Positions 41,439 through 51,368 of a stretch of DNA of 64,000 nucleotides are shown piece by piece. The notes beneath the pieces were generated by a model that was not told where the DNA came from, made no database searches, and saw nothing but the letters and a program-made list of their open reading frames with translations. How positions within the stretch are numbered: position 1 is the first letter of the stretch; the number at the start of each line of letters is the position of its first letter. A program made the translations under genes and the position numbers. This stretch comes from an uncultured bacterium (GTDB lineage Bacteria > Fidelibacterota > Marinisomatia > Marinisomatales > UBA1611): the NCBI GenBank assembly GCA_943788175.1, contig CALSPG010000007.1, positions 320,001 through 384,000 on the forward strand. Direction: 5' to 3'.

Positions 41439-42374
41439 TTACAGATTTGTTTCTGCAACTGTCCTTTTTACAGCGTCCAGAGTATTAGCTAAGTCTGATT
41501 TTTCTTCATCTGTAAGACTGAATTCTATTATTTTTTCAATTCCACCAGATCCAATTACTGTTGGCACGCCAATAAAGTAACCATCTATTCCAAATTCCCC
41601 TTCACAAAGTGCTGCGCTAGGGATAACTCTTTTTTTATCTTTTAGATAAGATTCAGCCATTTCAATAGCACACTGGGCAGGAGCATAAAATGCAGATCCA
41701 TTACCGAACAGTTTTACCAGCTCTCCACCAGCAAATCTAGTTCTATCTTCGATTTCTTTAAGTCTTTTTGCATCAATCAAATCTGTTACTGGAACCCCTC
41801 CAATGGTTGCTAATCGTGTTATTGGCACCATACTATCTCCATGGCCTCCTAATACCATACAACTAACATCTTGCGCAGAAAGTCCAGTTTCCATAGCTAA
41901 AAACGCGCGAAATCTACCTGAATCTAGAGCACCAGCCATGCCAACTACTTTGCTTTTATCAAAACCAGATACTTTATGAAAAGCATATACCATAGCATCT
42001 AAAGGGTTTGATATAACAATTACAAACGCGTTTGGTGCATATTTTTTAACATTAGAGGCTACATCTTTTATAATACCAAGATTAATTGACATTAAATCTT
42101 CTCTATCCATTCCAGGTTTTCTTGGGATACCAGCCGTAATAATGACAACATCTGAACCTTTAATGTCACTGTAATCCGAAGTCCCAGATAATTCAGAATC
42201 ATACCCATCATGTGGTCTTAGTTGCATGATATCTAATGCTTTGCCTTTAACCATACCTTCGGATTGAGGAATATCAAATATAACCACATCGCCAAGTTCT
42301 TTCTGAGCGGCTATGAGAGCTAAGTTTCCACCAATTTGTCCACCACCGATCATTGTTAATTTTTTTCTACCCAT
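41439..42374 (-). CDS. mdh: Malate dehydrogenase (LDH-like)
   Basis: IGGGQIG, TAGIPRKPGMDREDL, SNPLDAM, LGGHGD, SAFYAPA. Confidence 0.95.
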   Translation of the reverse strand: MGRKKLTMIGGGQIGGNLALIAAQKELGDVVIFDIPQSEGMVKGKALDIMQLRPHDGYDSELSGTSDYSDIKGSDVVIITAGIPRKPGMDREDLMSINLGIIKDVASNVKKYAPNAFVIVISNPLDAMVYAFHKVSGFDKSKVVGMAGALDSGRFRAFLAMETGLSAQDVSCMVLGGHGDSMVPITRLATIGGVPVTDLIDAKRLKEIEDRTRFAGGELVKLFGNGSAFYAPAQCAIEMAESYLKDKKRVIPSAALCEGEFGIDGYFIGVPTVIGSGGIEKIIEFSLTDEEKSDLANTLDAVKRTVAETNL

Positions 42375-42437
42375 GATTATATTTCTCCATTATTTTATTG
42401 AAAGGCCTATTAGAAGCTATGAATATTATTTTATAAC

Positions 42438-42464
42438 AAAAAAGCCTCACAATAGTGAGGCTTT
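42438..42464 (-). terminator. Intrinsic terminator after rpmA
   Basis: AAAGCCTCAC-TATT-GTGAGGCTTT followed by T run on the minus strand. Confidence 0.8.
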
Positions 42465-42496
42465 AATTATTTTTACTGTACCAAAAAAATCTAATG

Positions 42497-42748
42497 TTAG
42501 ATTACTATGTTTACAACTTTTCTATCTCTACCTTTGCGTTTAAACTCAACTATTCCATCTTTCAAAGCAAATAAAGAATCATCATTTGCTCTTTTAACAT
42601 TTGTACCAGGGTGAACCTTAGTTCCGCGCTGTTTAAGAATGATTGAACCGGCTAAAATTGATTGCCCATTTCCTACTTTTAATCCAAGACGTTTTGCATT
42701 AGAGTCTCTTCCGTTTCTTGAACTACCTTGACCTTTTTTATGTGCCAT
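42497..42748 (-). CDS. rpmA: 50S ribosomal protein bL27
   Basis: [22 protein letters not shown]. Confidence 0.98.
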   Translation of the reverse strand: MAHKKGQGSSRNGRDSNAKRLGLKVGNGQSILAGSIILKQRGTKVHPGTNVKRANDDSLFALKDGIVEFKRKGRDRKVVNIVI

Positions 42749-42753
42749 GAGAT

Positions 42754-43203
42754 TTACTTATCTTCTTTTTTAGGTTTAGCTGCTGGTTTAGCTGCTGGTT
42801 TAGCTGCTGGTTTAGCTGCTGGTTTAGCTGCTGGTTTAGCTGCTGGTTTAGCTGCTGGTTTAGCTGCTGGTTTAGCTGCTGGTTTAGCTTTCGCAATTTG
42901 AATATTTTGAACTTCCAAGTTAGTATACCATTGTCTATGACCATTTTTACGAGCATACCCTTTTCGTCGCTTCTTTTTGTAGACCAAAATTTTTCTCTCT
43001 CTGCCATGATCAATAACTGTAGCGGTAACTTTTGCACCAGCTACTTTTGGACTGCCAAAACTTGTAGATCTTCCATCATGAACCATTAACACATCATCCA
43101 GAATAATTTTCTTGCCTTCTTCTAATGATAATTTTGGTACACAAAGCTTCGAACCTTTTTCAGCTTTGAATTGTTTACCTGATATATTTACTATTGCATA
43201 CAT
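42754..43203 (-). CDS. rplU: 50S ribosomal protein bL21 with (AKPA)n tail; start at 43203
   Basis: [13 protein letters not shown]...[16 protein letters not shown]; directly upstream of rpmA. Confidence 0.96.
   Translation of the reverse strand: MYAIVNISGKQFKAEKGSKLCVPKLSLEEGKKIILDDVLMVHDGRSTSFGSPKVAGAKVTATVIDHGRERKILVYKKKRRKGYARKNGHRQWYTNLEVQNIQIAKAKPAAKPAAKPAAKPAAKPAAKPAAKPAAKPAAKPAAKPKKEDK
42773..42888 (-). repeat. Perfect 12-bp tandem repeat (GCTAAACCAGCA) x9 plus a partial unit
   Basis: Direct inspection; encodes AKPA repeats in rplU. Confidence 0.97.
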
Positions 43204-43232
43204 AACTTTTAGAGCTGGCAAACTTAACCTAT

Positions 43233-44762
43233 TTAAGCATCCTTATCAAGTGACATTTCATTTGTTATGTCTTTTCCTGATCTTGATTTAATAAATCTAA
43301 ACTCATCCCTTCTTAAATCTTTGTTCGTTTCTATCTTGATATGAACAAAATTTTTCCACATTAATCCTCTTAAAATATTTTTTTTATCATTTTCAATATA
43401 ATGTGCATTTTCTTTGTGCAATTGTAAAATAATTCTTAAGTCTCTGTGTTTACTTTTATATCTTCTAAGCCAGTGCTCGATTCTGGTAATGAGTGCTTCT
43501 TTTGAAATAATTCTTCCTGACCCGAAACATGAAGGACATTCCTCGCTCATAGAATCTAACAAACTGACCCGTATTCTTTGTCTTGTCATTTCTAACAACC
43601 CAAACTCTGTTATTGGTGATACTGCTACTTTGGCTCTATCCTTTCTAAGTTCTTTTCTAAGTTCATGATATATTTTTTTTCTGTTTTCTTCAAGACGCAT
43701 ATCTATAAAGTCTATGACAACTAATCCGGAAAGATCTCTTAGTCTTAATTGTCTTGCTACTTCTCGAGCCGCTTCAAGATTAATTTTTAGTGAATTATCT
43801 TCATGCAGTTTTTTTCCAACAAATTTTCCGCTGTTCACATCTACAACTACCATTGCTTCTGTTTTTTCAATAATTAGATAGGCACCGCTTTTTAACCAGG
43901 CTTTTGGTCTCATTAATTTTTCTATTTCTGATTCGATACCAAAACTTTCGAAAAGCGGTAGTTTTAGTTTATACATTTCAAGACGATCGGCGAGACTAGG
44001 CGAAACTTCTTCAAGATATTTTTGTGTTTTTTTGAAGAGTCTTTTTGAGTCAATTATAATTTTTTCAACATCTGGTGTAAGTAGATCTCTAACAACACTT
44101 GAAGCTGTTTCTAAGTCTTCGTAAACCAATGCTGGTGCATTTTCATTTTCAGCAACCTTTGCTACTTTATTCCAGCTATTTAAAAGAGAATTAAAATCAT
44201 TTACTATATGCTCTTCACTTTTTCCTTCTGCAACAGTCCGAATGATAATTCCAGTATCTTTTTGTCTAAGACTCTTAGCAATCTTTTTTAATCGCCTTCT
44301 CTCAAATTTGTCCCATATTTTTTTTGATATACCAATGTAGTTTTCGTGAGGGACTAAAACTAATAACCTTCCCGGAATCGCTACTTCTGTGGTAACTCTA
44401 GGCCCTTTTCCTGCAAAAGGCTCCTTGATTACCTGAACAAAGATTTCTTGATTTGTTCGAAGGTCAACTTCAATATTATCCGGTTTACCTCTCTTTTTTT
44501 TATTCTCTTCTGAATCGTCTTCTATTATGTAATCTGGGTTTGCAATTTCTGAAAAAGGTAAAAAGGCATTTAAGTCATATCCAATATCAACAAATGCTGC
44601 TTGCATACCAGGCAAAACATTTTCGACTTTGCCTTTGTAGATATTCCCAACCATACGCTGTTTATCTTGACGTTCAATATAAACTTCGACGATTTTGCCA
44701 TCTTCTTGAATAGCAATTCTCGTTTCGCCCATACTCTCATTAATAAAAATCTCTTTTTTCAT
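43233..44762 (-). CDS. rng: Rne/Rng-family ribonuclease (RNase G-sized)
   Basis: GNIYKGKVENVLPGMQAAFVDIG, VVDVNSG, RQLRLRDLSGLVVIDFIDM, EMTRQR, CPSCFGSG. Confidence 0.93.
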   Translation of the reverse strand: MKKEIFINESMGETRIAIQEDGKIVEVYIERQDKQRMVGNIYKGKVENVLPGMQAAFVDIGYDLNAFLPFSEIANPDYIIEDDSEENKKKRGKPDNIEVDLRTNQEIFVQVIKEPFAGKGPRVTTEVAIPGRLLVLVPHENYIGISKKIWDKFERRRLKKIAKSLRQKDTGIIIRTVAEGKSEEHIVNDFNSLLNSWNKVAKVAENENAPALVYEDLETASSVVRDLLTPDVEKIIIDSKRLFKKTQKYLEEVSPSLADRLEMYKLKLPLFESFGIESEIEKLMRPKAWLKSGAYLIIEKTEAMVVVDVNSGKFVGKKLHEDNSLKINLEAAREVARQLRLRDLSGLVVIDFIDMRLEENRKKIYHELRKELRKDRAKVAVSPITEFGLLEMTRQRIRVSLLDSMSEECPSCFGSGRIISKEALITRIEHWLRRYKSKHRDLRIILQLHKENAHYIENDKKNILRGLMWKNFVHIKIETNKDLRRDEFRFIKSRSGKDITNEMSLDKDA

Positions 44763-44769
44763 TATAATT

Positions 44770-44970
44770 CACCTACTTCTTGGCTTTTATAATAGGATTG
44801 CTCGCGCTAAAGGTGCGGGCAGTACCAGAATAAAAGCAATTTATATATACTATATTAGGGAGAGTAGATAGGTAAGAAATTTTGTCCCGTTTATTAATGG
44901 GATGATAAAAAAGTTGTCAATGTCGTCAGAAAAAATATGAAAATTTGTTTTCCTTCTAATCTCCGTCTCT
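44770..44970 (-). promoter_or_regulatory. Structured 5' leader of rne/rng
   Basis: Hairpins 44783-44837 and 44859-44964. Confidence 0.5.
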
Positions 44971-45088
44971 ATTAAAAAATACGCGAAGTTATGAATGGTA
45001 TTCAAGGTAAATAAAAAAATAATTAATACATGAATACATAAATATTCAAATTAATTTTAAATATAATATTTAACTTTTTAATTAAAAT

Positions 45089-45778
45089 ATGAAACAAATT
45101 ATAGCTATAGGTGGTGGTGGTTTCGGTCGCAATCCAAATCAAAGAATAATAGAAAAATATATAATTGATCAATCAAGTGAAAGCAGACCAAATGTTCTCT
45201 TTGTTCCGACGGCAAGCGCTGAGGATAAATCATATACAGTAAATTTTTATTCATGTTTTAATGGCTTAGATTGTAATCCTAGTCACTTAAACCTTTTTCA
45301 AAGAACGCCAAGAATAGAGGGGTTAATTAACAAGGCCGATATAATCTATGTTGGAGGAGGTAATACTAAAAGTATGCTCGCTGTTTGGAAAGAATGGAAA
45401 TTAGATAAGCTTTTATTTAAGGCCTACAACGATGGCACTGTCTTAGCCGGCGTTAGCGCAGGCGCTATTTGCTGGTTTGATACTGGAATTACTGATTCTT
45501 GGGCGAGTAATTTAAATTACATTGATTGTCTGGGAATATTGCCAGGGAGTTGTTGTCCTCACTATGATTCAGAAAAAGATAGAAGGCCAAGTGTTCATAA
45601 ATTTATTGAGCATGAAAAAATAAAATCAGTGTATGCCATTGAAGATGGCGCAGCTATTCACTTTGTAGATGATGCCCCTTACAAAAACATTTCATTTTTT
45701 AAAAATTCCAAGGTGTTTTTTGTAGATAAACAAAACTCAATTGTTCAAGAAAAACCTCAAAAAATGGTAAGTATTTAA
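45089..45778 (+). CDS. Peptidase E (S51 family)
   Basis: FVPTAS, IYVGGGNT, GVSAGA, CPHYD. Confidence 0.9.
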   Translation: MKQIIAIGGGGFGRNPNQRIIEKYIIDQSSESRPNVLFVPTASAEDKSYTVNFYSCFNGLDCNPSHLNLFQRTPRIEGLINKADIIYVGGGNTKSMLAVWKEWKLDKLLFKAYNDGTVLAGVSAGAICWFDTGITDSWASNLNYIDCLGILPGSCCPHYDSEKDRRPSVHKFIEHEKIKSVYAIEDGAAIHFVDDAPYKNISFFKNSKVFFVDKQNSIVQEKPQKMVSI

Positions 45779-45781
45779 TTA

Positions 45782-46588
45782 ATGCCTCAAGATGACAAAT
45801 TAATTTTAGAAAAAGATTTATTGATTGCTATAAAAGCATCAAAAAATGCTGGTGAAATAATTATGAAGTATTACCGGCATGATTATGAAATCAAAGAAAA
45901 AGGTTATCATAATCCTGTCACCACTGCAGATAATGAAGCAGATGATTATTTGAAAAAGACCCTTGTTGGAGCCAGGCCTAGTTATGGTTGGTTATCTGAG
46001 GAGACTGTAGATTCAAAAGACAGATTAAAAAAAGAAAAAGTCTGGATTGTTGACCCCCTAGATGGGACGAAGGAATTCATAGAGGGTGTTCCTCAATTTG
46101 TAGTAAGTGTTGGTCTAGTAAAAAACGGAAAACCGATCGTCGGGATTTTGCATAACCCTGTTACGGGTGAAACATTTCATGCGAGCGAGGGCTCTGGTAC
46201 TTTTTTAAACAATGAAAAATTTAAAGTATCAGAAAAAGACAGTACAAAAGAAATGACAATTCTAAATAGCCGTTCAGAATCTAGAAGAGGATTATGGGAG
46301 CCGTTTAAAGAAAACTTTAAAAAACTAGAGCCAATTGGAAGTGTTGCATATAAAATGGGACTAACTGCTGTAGGTAAAGCTGATGTTTTTGCTACGCTTC
46401 GCCCCAAAAATGAGTGGGATGTATGCGCTGGAGTTTGTTTAATTAATGAGGCTGGTGGCAAGGCTATCAATTTAAAAAATGGTCAAGAACTAAATTTTAA
46501 TAATGAGAAAACTTTAATTGAACCTGGTATTATTGCTGGTTATAATTTATCTGTAGATAAAACGTTTAAAGTATTGAGTCAAAAATAA
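45782..46588 (+). CDS. cysQ: 3'(2'),5'-bisphosphate nucleotidase CysQ / inositol monophosphatase family
   Basis: PVTTAD, LSEE, WIVDPLDGTKEF, EWDVCAG. Confidence 0.85.
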   Translation: MPQDDKLILEKDLLIAIKASKNAGEIIMKYYRHDYEIKEKGYHNPVTTADNEADDYLKKTLVGARPSYGWLSEETVDSKDRLKKEKVWIVDPLDGTKEFIEGVPQFVVSVGLVKNGKPIVGILHNPVTGETFHASEGSGTFLNNEKFKVSEKDSTKEMTILNSRSESRRGLWEPFKENFKKLEPIGSVAYKMGLTAVGKADVFATLRPKNEWDVCAGVCLINEAGGKAINLKNGQELNFNNEKTLIEPGIIAGYNLSVDKTFKVLSQK

Positions 46589-46606
46589 ATTACGATAGGA
46601 ATTAAA

Positions 46607-47320
46607 ATGAGTAATGTTGATAACGAAAAAGTACTAGACAAGGGTTATATTGAAGTCGTTGATGTGTTAGGCGATGATCTTACGCCCGTAAATGCGGCAA
46701 GAGTTTCATTTGGGGGACGGTCGAAAGAATTTACAAGCAAGGATAGAAGGCTTTCAAAGTATCTTATTAAGCACAAGCATTTTTCACCATTTAGACATCA
46801 GCATGTGATGATGATTATTAAAGCCCCAGAATTTGTAATGAGACAATGGTATAAACATGTTGTAGGTATTGAGACGACATCAGATCATCCTACAAAAGAT
46901 CATGCTTGGAATGAAATAAGTGGAAGATATGTTGAATACTCTGATTTCTATATGCCTGAAAACTTTCGTGCTCAATCTGACGATAATAAACAGGCAAGCG
47001 AGGGTTTAGTAGAAGATCAAAGTGGTGCGCAAACTCTATGGAGCGAGGCTCAACACAGGTCCATAGATGCCTACGAAAAAATGATTGAAATGGGTGTTGC
47101 GAAAGAGCAAGCAAGGAGTATTCTTCCTTTAACTGTCTATACTCAGGTATGGTGGACAGCCTCTTTCCAATCCATTATGAATTTTATTGAGCTCAGAGAT
47201 GAAGCAACTGCTCAAATTGAGATTCAAGAATATGCAAAGGCATTGAAAAAAATTATGTTAAATGTTTTTCCGGAAACAACAAAATTATGGCAAGAAGTTT
47301 ACTGGGATAACCAAGATTAG
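46607..47320 (+). CDS. thyX: FAD-dependent thymidylate synthase
   Basis: VNAARVSF, HFSPF, NEISGRY, GVAKEQARSILP, AQIEIQEYA. Confidence 0.92.
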   Translation: MSNVDNEKVLDKGYIEVVDVLGDDLTPVNAARVSFGGRSKEFTSKDRRLSKYLIKHKHFSPFRHQHVMMIIKAPEFVMRQWYKHVVGIETTSDHPTKDHAWNEISGRYVEYSDFYMPENFRAQSDDNKQASEGLVEDQSGAQTLWSEAQHRSIDAYEKMIEMGVAKEQARSILPLTVYTQVWWTASFQSIMNFIELRDEATAQIEIQEYAKALKKIMLNVFPETTKLWQEVYWDNQD

Positions 47321-47348
47321 ATACAATTCAAATTAAATAACTTATCTT

Positions 47349-48047
47349 ATGTTGTGGAAACTCACGCAAAATGTTTTAACAACCGTTGTAGTTCTTTATA
47401 CTGGAATTCATTGGGGTATTGCATCCGTTCCCGGTGTTTACATTGTTTTAAATATTTTTCAAAGCACAGGATTTCATTCAAATTTTGAGCGTTCTTTATA
47501 TATCGGAATCAGTATTGGGCTTGCATATGTATTATGGATGCTTTCAACAATTCTCTTAACAGCTTTATTAAGTTATGTTTTCAAGCCTTCAATCGGTTCC
47601 ATCCGAGTTCCTTTTCTTTCTTTAATAACGATAAGATGGGGTTTCTTAAATGTTCTAGATCGCCTGGCTAAGCCTTGCATACATCATATGGTTCCATCAT
47701 GGATTACAGACTTTTATTATAGGGCTCTCGGGTGCAAAATTGGTAAGGGTGCTTTTGTAAGCAGTGATCGGATAAATGATCCTTACTTAGTTTCAATTGG
47801 CGAAAATGCAATTATAGGCTCAAAAGTAATTATTACTCCCCATTTAGCAGAAAGAGATGATTTAGTATTTTCGCCAATTGAAATTGGTAATAATTGTTTA
47901 ATTGGTTTAGGTGCGCAAATTAATCCAGGCTGTATCATTGGTGATGGCTCTGTTATAGCATCTAGGGCAATAGTTCCAAAATATACAAAAGTCCCTCCCG
48001 GAGAAGTCTGGGGTGGAATTCCAGCAAGATTTATTAAAAAGAAATAA
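47349..48047 (+). CDS. Membrane-anchored hexapeptide-repeat (left-handed beta-helix) acyltransferase-like protein
   Basis: N-terminal TM segments; YRALGCKIG, IGNNCLIG, WGGIPAR. Confidence 0.8.
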   Translation: MLWKLTQNVLTTVVVLYTGIHWGIASVPGVYIVLNIFQSTGFHSNFERSLYIGISIGLAYVLWMLSTILLTALLSYVFKPSIGSIRVPFLSLITIRWGFLNVLDRLAKPCIHHMVPSWITDFYYRALGCKIGKGAFVSSDRINDPYLVSIGENAIIGSKVIITPHLAERDDLVFSPIEIGNNCLIGLGAQINPGCIIGDGSVIASRAIVPKYTKVPPGEVWGGIPARFIKKK

Positions 48048-48074
48048 AATTTTTTAGAAGTTTCCACCAAAGAT

Positions 48075-50291
48075 ATGAATCAATTTAACAGAGCTGAAAT
48101 CATAGATAATAATTTTTTAGAATCTTTGAAAAGCAATTCTTTTCCAAAAAATGAACAGTTTACCGCGTTAAGTGATCTGAGCATAAATACCAATGAGATA
48201 GTATCTATTTTTGAAAGTCAAGTTTTAAGTAGGCATATAGATATAAAAGCGAGGGAATTAAAAGATAAAGGACAATGTTTTTATACTATTGGAAGTTCTG
48301 GACATGAATCTAATGCCGTATTTGGTAATGTATTTCCATTTTCAGATATTGCTTTTTTACACTATCGAAGTGGTCCTTTTTTTATTGAGCGTTCAAAACA
48401 GCTTTTTGGTAGCACGCCGCTTTATGATATGGCACTATCATTCATGGCCTCCTCAGAAGACCCAATCAGTGGTGGTAGACATAAAGTGCTTGGAAGTAAA
48501 CCATTAAATATTCCGCCTCAAACAAGCACAATTGCTAGTCATATTCCAAAGGCAGTTGGCGCTGCCTTTTCTATAGATAGAGCTAAAGATCTAAAAATCA
48601 AAGAAAAAGAATTAGAATCAAATAGTATAGTTATTTGTAGTTTTGGAGACGCGAGTGCAAATCATGCAAGTGCACTAACAGGCTTTAATACATCAAGGTG
48701 GGTAAGAAGTATAGGTGGAAATGTGCCTATAATTTTTATTTGTGAAGATAATGGTGTAGGTATTTCTGTTCCAACACCAAAAGATTGGATAAAAAATACT
48801 TATTCAAAACAAGAGCATTTGAAATATTTTAGCTGTAATGGGTTAAATATTCTTGATACAATAAGAGTATCAAAAATGGCTGAGGAATATTGCCGTTCAA
48901 ATCGGGCACCAGTTTTCTTACACATGAAAACTGTAAGGTTAATGGGTCACGCCGGGTCTGATATTGAATCAAGTTATTTAGAAATAGATCATATTGAGGA
49001 TGCTGAAAGAAGAGATCCATTACTTTACTCCGCTTCAGCTTTATTAGAAAATAATATATTGTCCTTGGAAGAAATATTCAATTTATATGAGCATGCTAGA
49101 AAAAAAGTGGATTATGTTTTTGATAAAGCAGCAACAAAACCAAGACTTTCAAAAGCAACAGATGTAATGAAGTCCATTGTTCCTTCAAATATTAGAAAAA
49201 ACCATCCCTATTCACCTCTAGAAAAAAAGAGAGCTGAAATTTTTGGTAAAGAATATAAAAGATTGTCTAGGCCTGCGCATATGGCTAAGCTAATAAACTA
49301 CGCTCTTTCTGATATAATGCTACAGTACAAAAATGGTTTGATTTTTGGTGAAGATGTAGCTAAAAAAGGAGGTGTCTATCATGTTACCTCCGGTTTATAT
49401 GAGCAGTTTTCAATAAGGAGAGTTTTTAATAGCCCTCTAGACGAGACATCTATTATTGGATTTGCTGCAGGATTAGCTCACAATGGATTTTTACCAATAC
49501 CAGAGATACAATTTTTAGCTTATTTTCATAATGCTGAAGACCAATTAAGAGGAGAAGCCGCAACACTTTCTTTTTTTAGTCAATCTCAATATACAAACCC
49601 AATGGTAATACGTATCGCAGGTTTAGCTTATCAGAAAGGTTTTGGTGGTCATTTTCATAATGATAACTCCTTAGCAATTTTTCGAGATATACCAGGAGTG
49701 ATTGTAGCCTGTCCTTCAAATGGTGCAGATGCGGTCAAGATGTTAAGGGCTGCAGTCGAGCATGCTTACAAAAATGGAAGAATAGTAGTATTTATTGAAC
49801 CTATTGCTCTATACATGACTAAGGACCTTCATGAATCTAAAGATAATAAATGGTGTTTTAATTATCCAGAATTAGGCGAAATTCTTGAAATTGGAAAATT
49901 TATTCATTATGGTGATGGTGATGCTTTAACTATTATTAGTTACGGCAATGGTCTTTATCATTCATTAAAAGCGCAACCTGTAATTGAAAAAAAAATAAAG
50001 CAGAAAATTAAAATTATTGATTTGTGCTGGCTTTCTGATATTAATGTTGAACAGTTAATAACCGAAATTGGATCATCCAATAAAATTTTAATTGTAGATG
50101 AGTGTCGGCGTTCAGGATCTTATGGAGAAGGTTTAATGTCTTCATTATATTCAAAAATGAAAAACAGATATGATATAAATCTTCATGCGGCTGAGGATAG
50201 TTTTATTCCGCTTGGTGATGCAGCAACTTCTACTTTGCCAAACAGTAAGACAATAACATTTGAAGCATTGAAATTGTACGAAAATGCGTAA
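48075..50291 (+). CDS. Fused alpha/beta ThDP-dependent 2-oxoacid dehydrogenase E1
   Basis: GSSGHE, LHYRS, FGDAS...CEDN ThDP motif, RLMGHAGSD, FGEDV, EIQFLAY, FGGHFHN. Confidence 0.9.
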   Translation: MNQFNRAEIIDNNFLESLKSNSFPKNEQFTALSDLSINTNEIVSIFESQVLSRHIDIKARELKDKGQCFYTIGSSGHESNAVFGNVFPFSDIAFLHYRSGPFFIERSKQLFGSTPLYDMALSFMASSEDPISGGRHKVLGSKPLNIPPQTSTIASHIPKAVGAAFSIDRAKDLKIKEKELESNSIVICSFGDASANHASALTGFNTSRWVRSIGGNVPIIFICEDNGVGISVPTPKDWIKNTYSKQEHLKYFSCNGLNILDTIRVSKMAEEYCRSNRAPVFLHMKTVRLMGHAGSDIESSYLEIDHIEDAERRDPLLYSASALLENNILSLEEIFNLYEHARKKVDYVFDKAATKPRLSKATDVMKSIVPSNIRKNHPYSPLEKKRAEIFGKEYKRLSRPAHMAKLINYALSDIMLQYKNGLIFGEDVAKKGGVYHVTSGLYEQFSIRRVFNSPLDETSIIGFAAGLAHNGFLPIPEIQFLAYFHNAEDQLRGEAATLSFFSQSQYTNPMVIRIAGLAYQKGFGGHFHNDNSLAIFRDIPGVIVACPSNGADAVKMLRAAVEHAYKNGRIVVFIEPIALYMTKDLHESKDNKWCFNYPELGEILEIGKFIHYGDGDALTIISYGNGLYHSLKAQPVIEKKIKQKIKIIDLCWLSDINVEQLITEIGSSNKILIVDECRRSGSYGEGLMSSLYSKMKNRYDINLHAAEDSFIPLGDAATSTLPNSKTITFEALKLYENA

Positions 50292-51297
50292 AAAAAGAAT
50301 AGTCGTTGTTTGTCCCGGCCGAGGTTCTTATACCCGCGAAACTTCAAATTATTTAGAAAATGTTGATTCAAACCTTCGGGCAATGATTGAAGAGCAAGAT
50401 AAAATAAGATCTGCAAAAAAATTCAAAAGTATTTTTGAGCTTGATAAAAATAGTTTCAGAGCAAAGACACATATGACTGGAGAAAATGCCTCTCCTTTGA
50501 TTTATTCTTGTTCTTTAAAAGACTACGCCTCAATCAATAAAGAGGAGTTTGAAGTCGCGGCGATATGTGGTAATTCTATGGGTTGGTATATTGCGATGGC
50601 TTTGAGTGGAGCCTTAACAAGTAAAAGTGGCTTTGAGCTCATTCAGGCCATGGGTGTTTTAACTCAAGAACATGGTGAGGGTGGACAGATTATTTATCCA
50701 ATTATTGATGAAGACTGGCGAATGAATATTGATCGAAAAAACATGCTATTAGATGAAGTTGCCAAAATTGGAGCCCATTTATCTATAAAGCTAGGTGGCT
50801 TTATTGTAATTGGAGGTAAACAGAGTTCCCTAGATCACCTATTAAAAACATTACCTGCCATTGATAAATATCCTTTTCAGATTCCTTTTCATGCTGCTTT
50901 TCATACTCATCACCTTGAAGAGTCGTCTACACTCGCACAATCTCATTTTGATTATAAAAATTTTAATAAGCCAAAAATCCCTTTGATAGATGGTCGAGGT
51001 AATATATGGTCTCCTTGGTCCACAGATACGCAAGCATTATTTAGTTATACGTTCGCTCATCAAATTGTAAAGCCCTATGATTTTTCTTCTTCTATAGAGG
51101 TTGCAGTAAAAGAATTTTGCCCCGACCATATTGTCCTTCTTGGGCCTGGAAATTCACTTGGAAGTCCCGTTGCGCAGGTTTTGATAGATCATAATTGGAA
51201 TGGCTTAACTTCAAAAAGCGACTTTTTAAAATCTCAAGAAAAAGACCCTTTCGTTATTTCGATGGGGATTGAAGAGCAAAGAAACATAGTTTTATAA
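50284..51297 (+). CDS. FabD-like acyltransferase with atypical motifs
   Basis: CPGRGSY (canonical PGQGSQ), GNSMG (canonical GHSxG), HAAFHT, LLGPG; overlaps E1 stop. Confidence 0.8.
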   Translation: MRKKRIVVVCPGRGSYTRETSNYLENVDSNLRAMIEEQDKIRSAKKFKSIFELDKNSFRAKTHMTGENASPLIYSCSLKDYASINKEEFEVAAICGNSMGWYIAMALSGALTSKSGFELIQAMGVLTQEHGEGGQIIYPIIDEDWRMNIDRKNMLLDEVAKIGAHLSIKLGGFIVIGGKQSSLDHLLKTLPAIDKYPFQIPFHAAFHTHHLEESSTLAQSHFDYKNFNKPKIPLIDGRGNIWSPWSTDTQALFSYTFAHQIVKPYDFSSSIEVAVKEFCPDHIVLLGPGNSLGSPVAQVLIDHNWNGLTSKSDFLKSQEKDPFVISMGIEEQRNIVL

Positions 51298-51368
51298 TTA
51301 TTATTATCGAAGTTTACTTTTTTATACTTTATTAGATTAATTTACCTAAACATAACAAGGGAAATGTA

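Noticed and set aside
42738-43037. ORF with (LNQQ)n repeats, and the 12-bp array as a possible CRISPR
   Set aside because: Alternate frame of the rplU repeat; the units are contiguous with no spacers and no cas genes are present
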